Shown one piece after another: positions 9,034-16,808 of a stretch of 64,000 bases of DNA. This DNA comes from Patescibacteria group bacterium. GTDB taxonomy: Bacteria > Patescibacteriota > Microgenomatia > Levybacterales > GWA1-39-11. The position numbers and the translations under genes were made by a program. Location of the stretch: contig DASZYA010000001.1 in NCBI GenBank assembly GCA_035545675.1, positions 237 through 64,236 of the forward strand, given 5' to 3'. How positions within the stretch are numbered: the first letter of the stretch is position 1; each line of letters begins with the position of its first letter. The notes beneath the pieces were generated by a model. The model was not told the origin of the DNA. It did not search any database and saw only the letters and a program-made list of their open reading frames with translations.

Positions 9034-10408
9034 AAATTTAATTGCCTCTTTTCGTGATCCAAGCGGTTTTGTATTCAAACAAAATGGCACAATTTACCGA
9101 CAAATAAATAAAATATACAAAGATGACTATGAGCTATTGATGAACTCTGGTCTTTATGAAGATTTAGTCTCATCTAACCAATTAATAAAACATGAAGAAA
9201 CAAAAGTAAAAGCAACTGGCGCTGATGGCTGGAAAGTAATTAAACCAGAAGTAGTTCCCTTTATATCCTACTACTACGAATGGTCTTTTAGCATGCTTAA
9301 AGATGCAGCCCTCCTTACTCTTGATATCCAGAAAAAAGCAATTAAATATGGTATGAGTTTAAAAGATTCAAGTGCTTTTAACATACAGTTTTATCATGGA
9401 AAACCAATATTAATTGATACTCTGTCTTTTGAAAAACTCCCAGAAGGAAAACCCTGGATTGCTTACCAACAATTTGTAGAAAATTTCCTTGCTCCACTTT
9501 ATATTATGGCAAAAGTGGACGTAGACCTTGGACGCTTAACCTCAGTTTTTATTAATGGAATTCCTCTAGAAATAGCAGCAAAAATGCTTCCTTTTAAAGA
9601 AAGACTTAATCCAAGTCTTCTTATTCATATTTTCGCTCACGCTTCAACTCAGAAAAAATATTCAGATAAAAAACTTGATGCAAAAACAAAAGCAAGAAAC
9701 TTTAGCAAAACTGCACTTCTTGGATTGGTTGATAATCTTGAGGGGGCGATCAAAAAAGCGACTTGGAGTCCAAAAGGGACACAATGGGAAGATTATTATG
9801 AAGAAGACAAAAATAATTATAAGAATGAATCGTTCAAACACAAGGCAGAGCTTGTTAAGAAATATCTTAAAGCCACAAAGTCCAAAACAGTTTGGGATAT
9901 TGGAGCAAATACAGGATTATTCAGTAAGATTGCAGCAGAACTTGGCGCAGAAACAATTGCCTTTGACATAGACCATGGAGCACTCGAAAAAAACTACCTA
10001 GATATTGTTAAAAGGGATGGGGTAGAAAATCTTCTCCCACTCTTCTTGGATCTTGCTACTCCAACACCCGCTGTTGGATGGGAAAATATGGAAAGGGAAT
10101 CAGTTTTTGACCGAGGGCCAGCAGATGCGGTTCTAGCCCTTGCCGTGATACACCATCTAGCAATTACTTTTAAGGCTCCGTTTGTTTATCAAGCGCAAGC
10201 TTTTGCAAAAATGGGTAAGTACTTAATAGTAGAATTTGTTGATAAGACAGATTCTCAGGTACAACTTCTTGTTACAAACCGCGATGATATATTAGCTGAC
10301 TTTACAAAGGAAAACTTTGAAAAAGCATTTAAGCAGTATTTCAGAATAAAAGAGCAAACTACAATTAAAGGAAGCAAAAGAACCTTGTACCTCATGGAAA
10401 GACTTTAA
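9008..10408 (+). CDS. Class I SAM-dependent methyltransferase (NoeA-like)
   Basis: SFRDPSGF lies in frame upstream of the tracked start (9137). Frame is open from 8990, with CTG at 9008. Also YEWSFSMLKDAA, DSSAFNIQF, DIGANTG, LAVIHHL. Confidence 0.8.
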   Translation: MKNPTPKNKNLIASFRDPSGFVFKQNGTIYRQINKIYKDDYELLMNSGLYEDLVSSNQLIKHEETKVKATGADGWKVIKPEVVPFISYYYEWSFSMLKDAALLTLDIQKKAIKYGMSLKDSSAFNIQFYHGKPILIDTLSFEKLPEGKPWIAYQQFVENFLAPLYIMAKVDVDLGRLTSVFINGIPLEIAAKMLPFKERLNPSLLIHIFAHASTQKKYSDKKLDAKTKARNFSKTALLGLVDNLEGAIKKATWSPKGTQWEDYYEEDKNNYKNESFKHKAELVKKYLKATKSKTVWDIGANTGLFSKIAAELGAETIAFDIDHGALEKNYLDIVKRDGVENLLPLFLDLATPTPAVGWENMERESVFDRGPADAVLALAVIHHLAITFKAPFVYQAQAFAKMGKYLIVEFVDKTDSQVQLLVTNRDDILADFTKENFEKAFKQYFRIKEQTTIKGSKRTLYLMERL

Positions 10409-10418
10409 TTTTAGTTAA

Positions 10419-12008
10419 ATGAAGAAGAACCTCATTTTTGCCCACCCGTTTCTTTTCTCTATTTATCCGGTACTATTTTTATACTCAAAGAATTTTAAAG
10501 AATATAGAGAGACCTCAATAGTTGTGCCACTCCTCTTCTCTCTGATTTTTGGAACCATTGTATTTTTAATATGTAAATTCATATTTAAAAAAATTGAAGA
10601 AGCTGCAATTGTTTCTTCTTTTGTAATCTTTGCGTCTCTTTCTTTTGGAAGAATTCTAGATCTTATTGGTCTTAAAGATATTACTATTGGAAGCATCACA
10701 ATTGATGAGCAGCTGACATTCACATTAATTCTACTAATAATTCTTTTTGGAATTATTAAGCTTGTTAGGAAATATGAAAAAAATTTAAGGCCTATTAACG
10801 AATATCTTGTTTTCCTTTCACTCTTTCTTTTAATTCTTCCACTCTACTCAATAATTTCCTTTGAGGCAAAAACTGGAAGAATATTTCAACCCCAACAAAA
10901 AGAAGCTGTAAGACAAACCAAGAAAGCAACGGCAGATAAAAATTTACCGGATGTTTATTATTTTATTTTTGACAGATATGCTGGGCCAAAATCTTTGTCC
11001 ACAGAATACAATGTAGACAACAGCAAATTTTTTGATTTTCTAAAAGACAAAGGGTTTTATGTAGCAAGCCAAGCTAGCACAAACTATCCAAAAACATTTT
11101 TGTCCGTTGGCTCAAGTCTTAATATGGAATATTTGGACTTCTTGACCACAGAAACAAAAGGAGGACACAGTGAAGACCAATCTCTAGTTACACCATTAAT
11201 ACGCAACAATAAGGTTTTGAATTACTTAAAAGACAAAGGATATTACACAGTTAATATTGGTCCAAAAACCTGGACGCCAACAAGCATTAATCCATATGCT
11301 GACAAGAATTATGTAATGACGGAAGGGACTTATCCTCTCGTTGATCCATTTGGAACAGGATTTCTAAATATGACAATAGCAGAACCAATATTTAAACGGG
11401 TTTTCCATAATCCACTAGATGTATCTGTTGATCCAAATAATAATGAACACAGAAGAGTTGAAACTTATGAGCTAGGTGCAATTGAGGATGCCATAAAACT
11501 ACCTGGACCAAAATTTGTATTTATGCATATTCTCTTACCTCATGATCCTTTTGTATGGAATGCAAATTGCCAACCGATAGCAGAGACTGAAGTAGACAAA
11601 CATGATTCTGTTACAAACTACATGAATCAATTGAAGTGTGCAAACACAAAAATCGAGAAAATAATGAGCGATATTATCGCCCATAACAAAAATTCTATAA
11701 TAATCGCGCAATCTGACGAGGGACCATTCCCAATGAAAACTCCGATTGATGAAAATGAGTCTTGGGGTAAAGCGAGCGTTGATTCATATCACGAGAAATT
11801 CCCAATCCTAAATGCTTACTATTTCCCTGGAAAAGATGCAGAGACATCAGGGCTCTACCAAACAATTACACCTGTTAATTCATTTAGAGTACTATTCAAT
11901 ACTTACTTTGGAGAGAACTACCCATTACTTCCAGATAGAAACTACGTTTTCTACGACAACAAAAACTACTACAAATTCACCGATGTTACGGATCAGCTCA
12001 ATAAGTAA
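10419..12008 (+). CDS. Membrane-anchored sulfatase/alkaline-phosphatase-superfamily protein
   Basis: About five N-terminal TMs; DVYYFIFDRY, NYPKTFLS, HILLPHDPF, QSDEG. Confidence 0.78.
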   Translation: MKKNLIFAHPFLFSIYPVLFLYSKNFKEYRETSIVVPLLFSLIFGTIVFLICKFIFKKIEEAAIVSSFVIFASLSFGRILDLIGLKDITIGSITIDEQLTFTLILLIILFGIIKLVRKYEKNLRPINEYLVFLSLFLLILPLYSIISFEAKTGRIFQPQQKEAVRQTKKATADKNLPDVYYFIFDRYAGPKSLSTEYNVDNSKFFDFLKDKGFYVASQASTNYPKTFLSVGSSLNMEYLDFLTTETKGGHSEDQSLVTPLIRNNKVLNYLKDKGYYTVNIGPKTWTPTSINPYADKNYVMTEGTYPLVDPFGTGFLNMTIAEPIFKRVFHNPLDVSVDPNNNEHRRVETYELGAIEDAIKLPGPKFVFMHILLPHDPFVWNANCQPIAETEVDKHDSVTNYMNQLKCANTKIEKIMSDIIAHNKNSIIIAQSDEGPFPMKTPIDENESWGKASVDSYHEKFPILNAYYFPGKDAETSGLYQTITPVNSFRVLFNTYFGENYPLLPDRNYVFYDNKNYYKFTDVTDQLNK

Positions 12009-12010
12009 AT

Positions 12011-12063
12011 TTAATTTCTAATTCTTAATTACTAATTTCTATATAAATCTAACTTTCTAATTT
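12011..12063. repeat. Heptamer array (TTAATTT/CTAATTC) at 3' end of four-helix-bundle gene 1
   Basis: ttaattt ctaattc ttaatta ctaattt. 12013-12030 is the perfect reverse complement of 12444-12461. Confidence 0.85.
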
Positions 12064-12413
12064 CCAGAACTTTTAGCAATTTTGGAAAATATTAGAGTTA
12101 ATTCGTGACATTCTTTCCAAAGAATTCGACATTTATCGGATAATTTTTCTTCGCTCTTAGCTAGAATCCTCAGCCAGTATTTTGTCTCTATACATTCTTT
12201 TTTCGAGATAAATACTTTATTTTTAAAATCTTTCTTACTCGATGCTCCATTCGCTTCTGCATAGTTCGCGCCAATACTTGTTGCAGCTCGAACTAACTGC
12301 GTAATTATGGGCTGAGAAATTATATCTTTTTTCGATTCTTTACATAACTCGATTACATTTTCGGCAAATCTAATAGTCCTCTCTTCCAGATCATAAGCGC
12401 TTAATTTATTCAT
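12057..12413 (-). CDS. Four helix bundle protein (TIGR02436 / 23S rRNA-IVP-like), paralog 1
   Basis: LEERT..FA, QLVRAATSIGANYAEA, SSKKDF.NK, KECIETKYWL. Confidence 0.9.
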   Translation of the reverse strand: MNKLSAYDLEERTIRFAENVIELCKESKKDIISQPIITQLVRAATSIGANYAEANGASSKKDFKNKVFISKKECIETKYWLRILAKSEEKLSDKCRILWKECHELTLIFSKIAKSSGN

Positions 12414-12442
12414 TTAAAATTATTGTAATATAAATTAAATAA

Positions 12443-12502
12443 AAATTAAGAATTAGAAATTTGTAATTAATTATGAATTAAAAACTAAGAATTAAGAATT
12501 AA
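12443..12502. repeat. Heptamer array (GAATTAA/GAATTAG) at 5' side of four-helix-bundle gene 1
   Basis: aaattaa gaattag aaatttg taattaa ... gaattaa aaactaa gaattaa gaattaa; inverted relative to 12011-12063. Confidence 0.85.
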
Positions 12503-12546
12503 ACTCTCTCTTTATTAAATTGTCTTGTTATGATTAGATATCTTAT

Positions 12547-13572
12547 ATGATCACAGAAGAAGATTTAATAAACGAGAGGCTCTCTTATACCCCTGACACC
12601 AAACCCGGATTTAGCAGAAAGAAAAAGGGTACAAAGTTTGAATATTTTGATACAAAGGGAAAAAAGATAAATGATTCAAATGTAGTTGCCCGAATTGATA
12701 GCCTTGTTATTCCTCCAGCTTGGAATGAAGTCTGGATCTCGCCATACAAGAGTGGCCATCTACAAGCCAGAGGCTTTGACGACAAGAACAGAAAACAATA
12801 TATTTATCATCCCGAATGGGTAAAGCTATCCCAAGAAAATAAATTTGCAAAGATGGTTGATTTTGCTCTCAGTCTTCCAAAACTTAGACAAAAAATAGCC
12901 TATGAAATAAAACAAAAAGAATTGGATAGAGAAAGAATTATAGCAACAATTATTTGGCTACTAGAACATACATTTATAAGAGTAGGGAATGAGGAATATT
13001 CCAAAGAAAATAACTCTTTTGGATTAACAACGCTCCGTAATCGTCATGCAAAAGTAAGAGGGGACAATATTCATTTTGATTTTGTGGGAAAAAGTGGAGT
13101 TAAAGCATCTATTGAATTTTCAAATCCAACAATAGCAAAAACCATAAAAGAATGCATAGAGCTTCCTGGATACGAATTGTTCCAATATATAGATGATGAG
13201 GGCAACCGCCAGGTAGTTGATTCCCGTGACGTAAATGAATACCTACGAGAAATAACTCAAGATGAATTTACAGCAAAAGACTTTAGAACTTGGGGAGCAA
13301 CAAATTTATCCGCCAGAAATCTATATAGATTAGGAGATGCAGATGATGAAGAATTAATTAAGAAAAACATCACGGAAACTATTAAAGAAGTTGCCCACCA
13401 CCTTAACAACACAGTTTCCGTCTGTAGGACTTATTATATCCACCCAAGAGTTGTTGATAGTTACTCCAAACGCTCTCTTATTCCAGTTTTTGACAAATAT
13501 GCAAAAGATAAAAAAGAAAGAAGTGGTCTATCTTGGAATGAATACGCGCTAGTTAATTTGTTAAAGAGTTAA
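12547..13572 (+). CDS. Bacterial DNA topoisomerase IB
   Basis: IPPAW..VWI, RKQYIYH, IRVGNE, GKSG, KDFRTW, LNNT..VCRTYYIHP (catalytic Tyr). Confidence 0.93.
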   Translation: MITEEDLINERLSYTPDTKPGFSRKKKGTKFEYFDTKGKKINDSNVVARIDSLVIPPAWNEVWISPYKSGHLQARGFDDKNRKQYIYHPEWVKLSQENKFAKMVDFALSLPKLRQKIAYEIKQKELDRERIIATIIWLLEHTFIRVGNEEYSKENNSFGLTTLRNRHAKVRGDNIHFDFVGKSGVKASIEFSNPTIAKTIKECIELPGYELFQYIDDEGNRQVVDSRDVNEYLREITQDEFTAKDFRTWGATNLSARNLYRLGDADDEELIKKNITETIKEVAHHLNNTVSVCRTYYIHPRVVDSYSKRSLIPVFDKYAKDKKERSGLSWNEYALVNLLKS

Positions 13573-13681
13573 TTATTAACGGGTTAAAGGGTTAACGTGT
13601 TGAAAGATTAAAAAGTTAAAGACTTTGACGAATAACGACTTGCGAACAGCGACGAGCAACTGAAAAATGCGAATTGCGAAC
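13573..13681. repeat. Composite octamer (TTAACGGG) plus heptamer (TGCGAAC-like) array, gene-less
   Basis: ttaacggg ttaaaggg ttaacgtg ttgaaaga ttaaaaag, then aacgact tgcgaac agcgacg agcaact ... tgcgaat tgcgaac. A 24-nt exact copy lies at 25268-25291. Confidence 0.85.
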
Positions 13682-13708
13682 TCTGACAAACTCGTGTATA
13701 TTATTCAG

Positions 13709-14269
13709 ATGGATGAAAAATGTCCCAAATGTGGTTCACCGCTAAGCCCAGTAACAGAAACTTCTACTGGAAGAAAAATTCAAAGATGTTCCGCTGGATC
13801 CTGGAATAAAGAAACAAAGAAGAATGAAGGTTGTGACTACGTGAAGTGGATTGAAATGGAACCAGAAACTCTAAACGAAAAATGTCCTAAATGTGGAGCT
13901 CCATTAGTTTTGGCCTTTACCCGTTTTGGAAAGAAAATGAAGAAGTGTTCAACTAATAAGTGGAATGCTGAAACAAAAAAAGCGGAGGGTTGTGACTTTG
14001 TGGAATGGATAAATGGAACAACAGAAGAACTAGATGAAGATTGCCCAGACTGTGGTAAGAAATTAGTTCTTTATACTACGGCTACTGGCAAGAAAATGAA
14101 GAAGTGTTCTACTGCCGGCTGGGATAGAGAAAAGAAACAAGCAACAGGGTGTACATATGTAGAATGGCTAAAACCTGATGAATATAATAACATTCCAGTA
14201 TCAGGCGGAGAACCAAAAGAACCACACCCGGATGACGAACCTCCAATGCCAACCGACCCCCAATCCTAA
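13709..14269 (+). CDS. Stand-alone protein with three topoisomerase-IA-type C4 zinc-ribbon repeats
   Basis: Three copies of CPxCG...CS...W...GCx(Y/F)VxW. Start trimmed to MDEKCP because the tracked N-terminus is repeat DNA. Confidence 0.82.
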   Translation: MDEKCPKCGSPLSPVTETSTGRKIQRCSAGSWNKETKKNEGCDYVKWIEMEPETLNEKCPKCGAPLVLAFTRFGKKMKKCSTNKWNAETKKAEGCDFVEWINGTTEELDEDCPDCGKKLVLYTTATGKKMKKCSTAGWDREKKQATGCTYVEWLKPDEYNNIPVSGGEPKEPHPDDEPPMPTDPQS

Positions 14270-14274
14270 GTTGA

Positions 14275-14300
14275 TTAAAAAATTAAAAGATTAAAGAATT
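14275..14300. repeat. Short octamer array (TTAAAAGA-like)
   Basis: ttaaaaaa ttaaaaga ttaaagaa tt, just after the stop codon of 13709-14269. Confidence 0.5.
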
Positions 14301-14346
14301 GTTTCAATTGAACTTGAATTTGATTTGTGAGATGCTTAGGTAAGAA

Positions 14347-14697
14347 ATGGAAAATAGCGCTCTAGTTCTTTGCCCCAAATGCCATAAAGAAATACCGGAA
14401 ACTGATTTTTACTGTCCATATTGCGGAGAAAAAATAAAAGAACCACCTTTTGAAACGAATCTTACAAAGCAGATTGGAATTTATGCATTAAGCGTACTGC
14501 TTCCACCTCTTGGGCTCTGGCCGGCAATAAGATTACTCAAAAGGAAGGAGCCCGAAGCAAAGAAAATCGCTTGGATTGCAATTGTATTAACGGTTATCTC
14601 GATTATTATCAGCATCTGGCTAAGTATTGGAGTTATGGGGTATATCAACAAAAGTATCAGCTCTCAATTTAACCAATATCAGGATTTGGGGTATTAG
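14347..14697 (+). CDS. Zinc-ribbon membrane protein
   Basis: CPKC...CPYCG followed by two TM helices. Confidence 0.8.
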   Translation: MENSALVLCPKCHKEIPETDFYCPYCGEKIKEPPFETNLTKQIGIYALSVLLPPLGLWPAIRLLKRKEPEAKKIAWIAIVLTVISIIISIWLSIGVMGYINKSISSQFNQYQDLGY

Positions 14698-15139
14698 ATC
14701 TTCTTTCCTTCTCTTTTGCAATTTCTTTTTGAATAGCATTAACAAATAATTCACTTTGTTCTCTAGTGATCGCATTATTAGTCTTACTGTCACTAAATAT
14801 ACCCCTCTTGGCGATTGCCAATATCTCACGCATCTGGCTTATCGGAAATGAACTATTTATCCTTATTCTATTAAGGTAACTTCGCGACTTTAAATGTGCC
14901 TCTTTGACTGCTTTTACTCTCCTTATTCTAACTTTTGCATTAATGTCTGGATCATCCATGAATTGTTGGCCAACAACATTAAGTAATGCCTCATCAAAAG
15001 GAGTAACAACCAACTCTTCCTCATATTTATAAGGCGAGCCAGCATCAACTGGTGTCTCATCCTCCTTAAATCCTGCCCAAACGGGCGTTGACCGATCATC
15101 AAAATCTGGAGTTGGTTTTATATCCTCAATTCTAGCCAT
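14669..15139 (-). CDS. Hypothetical protein
   Basis: 156-aa ORF with TATAAT 7 nt upstream of the ATG. Confidence 0.7.
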   Translation of the reverse strand: MARIEDIKPTPDFDDRSTPVWAGFKEDETPVDAGSPYKYEEELVVTPFDEALLNVVGQQFMDDPDINAKVRIRRVKAVKEAHLKSRSYLNRIRINSSFPISQMREILAIAKRGIFSDSKTNNAITREQSELFVNAIQKEIAKEKERRSNTPNPDIG

Positions 15140-15194
15140 GAGTGAGATTATATTATAAATACAGGGAAATTTAAAATTGTGATAGGATATTTAT

Positions 15195-15863
15195 ATGGCA
15201 AAAGCTGACAAAGAAGATAAATTCATATTCACCATTTTACTCATTGGAGTAGGAATATTTTTGATCTTTATAATTGTAACTTTTACTGTTGGTTATAGAA
15301 TAGCCAAAAACAAAAGCATGCTAGCACAAGAAAAAGCGAGACAAGAATCTAGTCAAAATATAATGGATGAAAGCAAAGATTTGCTAGATAGGAAAAAGAT
15401 AGATCCTTTAGATACAACCGGAAAATGGAAAGTATTTTCATATAAAAATATATATCAATTTAAGTATCCTATTAATTGGTTTAGAGTAGAAACTCCTTAT
15501 GATGGCTCGACTTCAGAATATTTTTTTGAAGAAGGAATAAAACCATATGCAAGAACAAGCGATGGAGGAGGAAACTCTGTGATGGATGTTTTCTATAATA
15601 CCCAAATAAGCGCTGATTATTCTTCTCTTGAAAAGATTTATAATCAAACTCCAGAATTTACTAGCGGTACCAATATTGGAGGATCTCCAGTACCTAAACA
15701 TGCTATAGAGAAAAAATATTTACAACTGGGAGGACTGCCGGGATTAGAAATTTTCAACTATGATTATTACGTAAAACCAACTAAAGACTCAATGCTCGAA
15801 ATAAGGCTGTGGTCAAATAATAACTCACAAATAGTTCTCGACTCACTAACCTTTCAAAAATAA
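15195..15863 (+). CDS. Membrane-anchored hypothetical protein (possibly PsbP-like extracellular domain)
   Basis: N-terminal TM; W..F......QFKYP.NW start and LDSLTF end. Confidence 0.7.
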   Translation: MAKADKEDKFIFTILLIGVGIFLIFIIVTFTVGYRIAKNKSMLAQEKARQESSQNIMDESKDLLDRKKIDPLDTTGKWKVFSYKNIYQFKYPINWFRVETPYDGSTSEYFFEEGIKPYARTSDGGGNSVMDVFYNTQISADYSSLEKIYNQTPEFTSGTNIGGSPVPKHAIEKKYLQLGGLPGLEIFNYDYYVKPTKDSMLEIRLWSNNNSQIVLDSLTFQK

Positions 15864-15879
15864 GGGAACAAGATTATAA

Positions 15880-16125
15880 CTACAAATCATTTCTTTCAAA
15901 CCAATCAATCTTAAAAATTCTATTACAAATTATATTTAAAACTCCAAAAGTCAAAACGAGCATAAGGCTTAATGTGTCAAACAGATGTTTGTAAAATAAA
16001 TTTTCGAATCTACCAGACTTTTTGTTTTTTAAAGCATCTTCTGATACAAGATGGAATATATAAGTCCAATAAGATAGCTTTCCTAGAAGTTTTTCGGGAT
16101 ATTCTAATACGATTTCAATTTTCAC
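15880..16125 (-). CDS. Possible small hypothetical protein
   Basis: 81-aa ORF with GTG start just downstream of the exonuclease gene; no recognisable motif. Confidence 0.35.
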   Translation of the reverse strand: MKIEIVLEYPEKLLGKLSYWTYIFHLVSEDALKNKKSGRFENLFYKHLFDTLSLMLVLTFGVLNIICNRIFKIDWFERNDL

Positions 16126-16131
16126 AGATTA

Positions 16132-16770
16132 TTAAAAATTGATGGTTGTATCTTCCTCAAGATCGTCAAATGTCATCTTTTTATATACACTTCTTGTGAG
16201 CTCAACATCCTTCATACAATACCGGCAAATGTCTTCAATCTTTCCTTCTTGATAATAAGGCCAAACCATAGAACCATCCATTTCGTCCTTTGATGTTGGC
16301 AATCCTAAGACTTTCGCCATTGTATCTAGCTTCTGAATCTTTCCATTATCAAAATTCCATAGAGTCCATTCAAGCATGGTGTCATAAATTGGAATATTTC
16401 TATACCTTGCAAAACTTATGTCAGTTCTAGTTTTTATTCTATTAATAATTGAACGCTGATAAATAAAAGGTAAATCAAAAGCCCAAATATTATGCCCAAC
16501 AAATCTGTGGACGTCTTTTGAAACTTCCCAAAATTTGGTTAAGACTTCTTTCTCATCTCCGGAAAATGTTTCTTTTAGAACCTCTTTTCCGTTTACTTCT
16601 TTTATAACTGCAATACAGCAAATTCTTCCAAATGTACCTTCAAAAGAAGTGCTTTCATGAATCTCTATATCAGTCTTACCTTTGTGTTTCTTTTTAAGAA
16701 TTTCAATATGGATCTCTTTTTGGTCCTCCGGACTTGGAATTGTTTCAATATCAAAAAATAAAGTGTTCAT
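16132..16770 (-). CDS. PolB-related DEDDy 3'-5' exonuclease (RNase H-like)
   Basis: Exo I FFDIET, Exo II GHNIWAFDLPF, Exo III YCMKDV. Confidence 0.85.
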   Translation of the reverse strand: MNTLFFDIETIPSPEDQKEIHIEILKKKHKGKTDIEIHESTSFEGTFGRICCIAVIKEVNGKEVLKETFSGDEKEVLTKFWEVSKDVHRFVGHNIWAFDLPFIYQRSIINRIKTRTDISFARYRNIPIYDTMLEWTLWNFDNGKIQKLDTMAKVLGLPTSKDEMDGSMVWPYYQEGKIEDICRYCMKDVELTRSVYKKMTFDDLEEDTTINF

Positions 16771-16808
16771 TTGAGGCTAATTATACTCCCGAGGCCAAAA
16801 TTAAGCAA

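Noticed and set aside
12547-13572. Tyrosine integrase marking a prophage or island
   Set aside because: Motifs match topoisomerase IB, and there are no phage genes nearby.
13573-13681. Repeat arrays as CRISPR arrays
   Set aside because: Units are 7-9 nt and tandem with no unique spacers; no cas genes in the window.
13667-13708. N-terminal extension MRIANSDKLVYIIQ of the zinc-ribbon protein
   Set aside because: It is translated repeat and promoter DNA; ATG 13709 follows a -10-like box.
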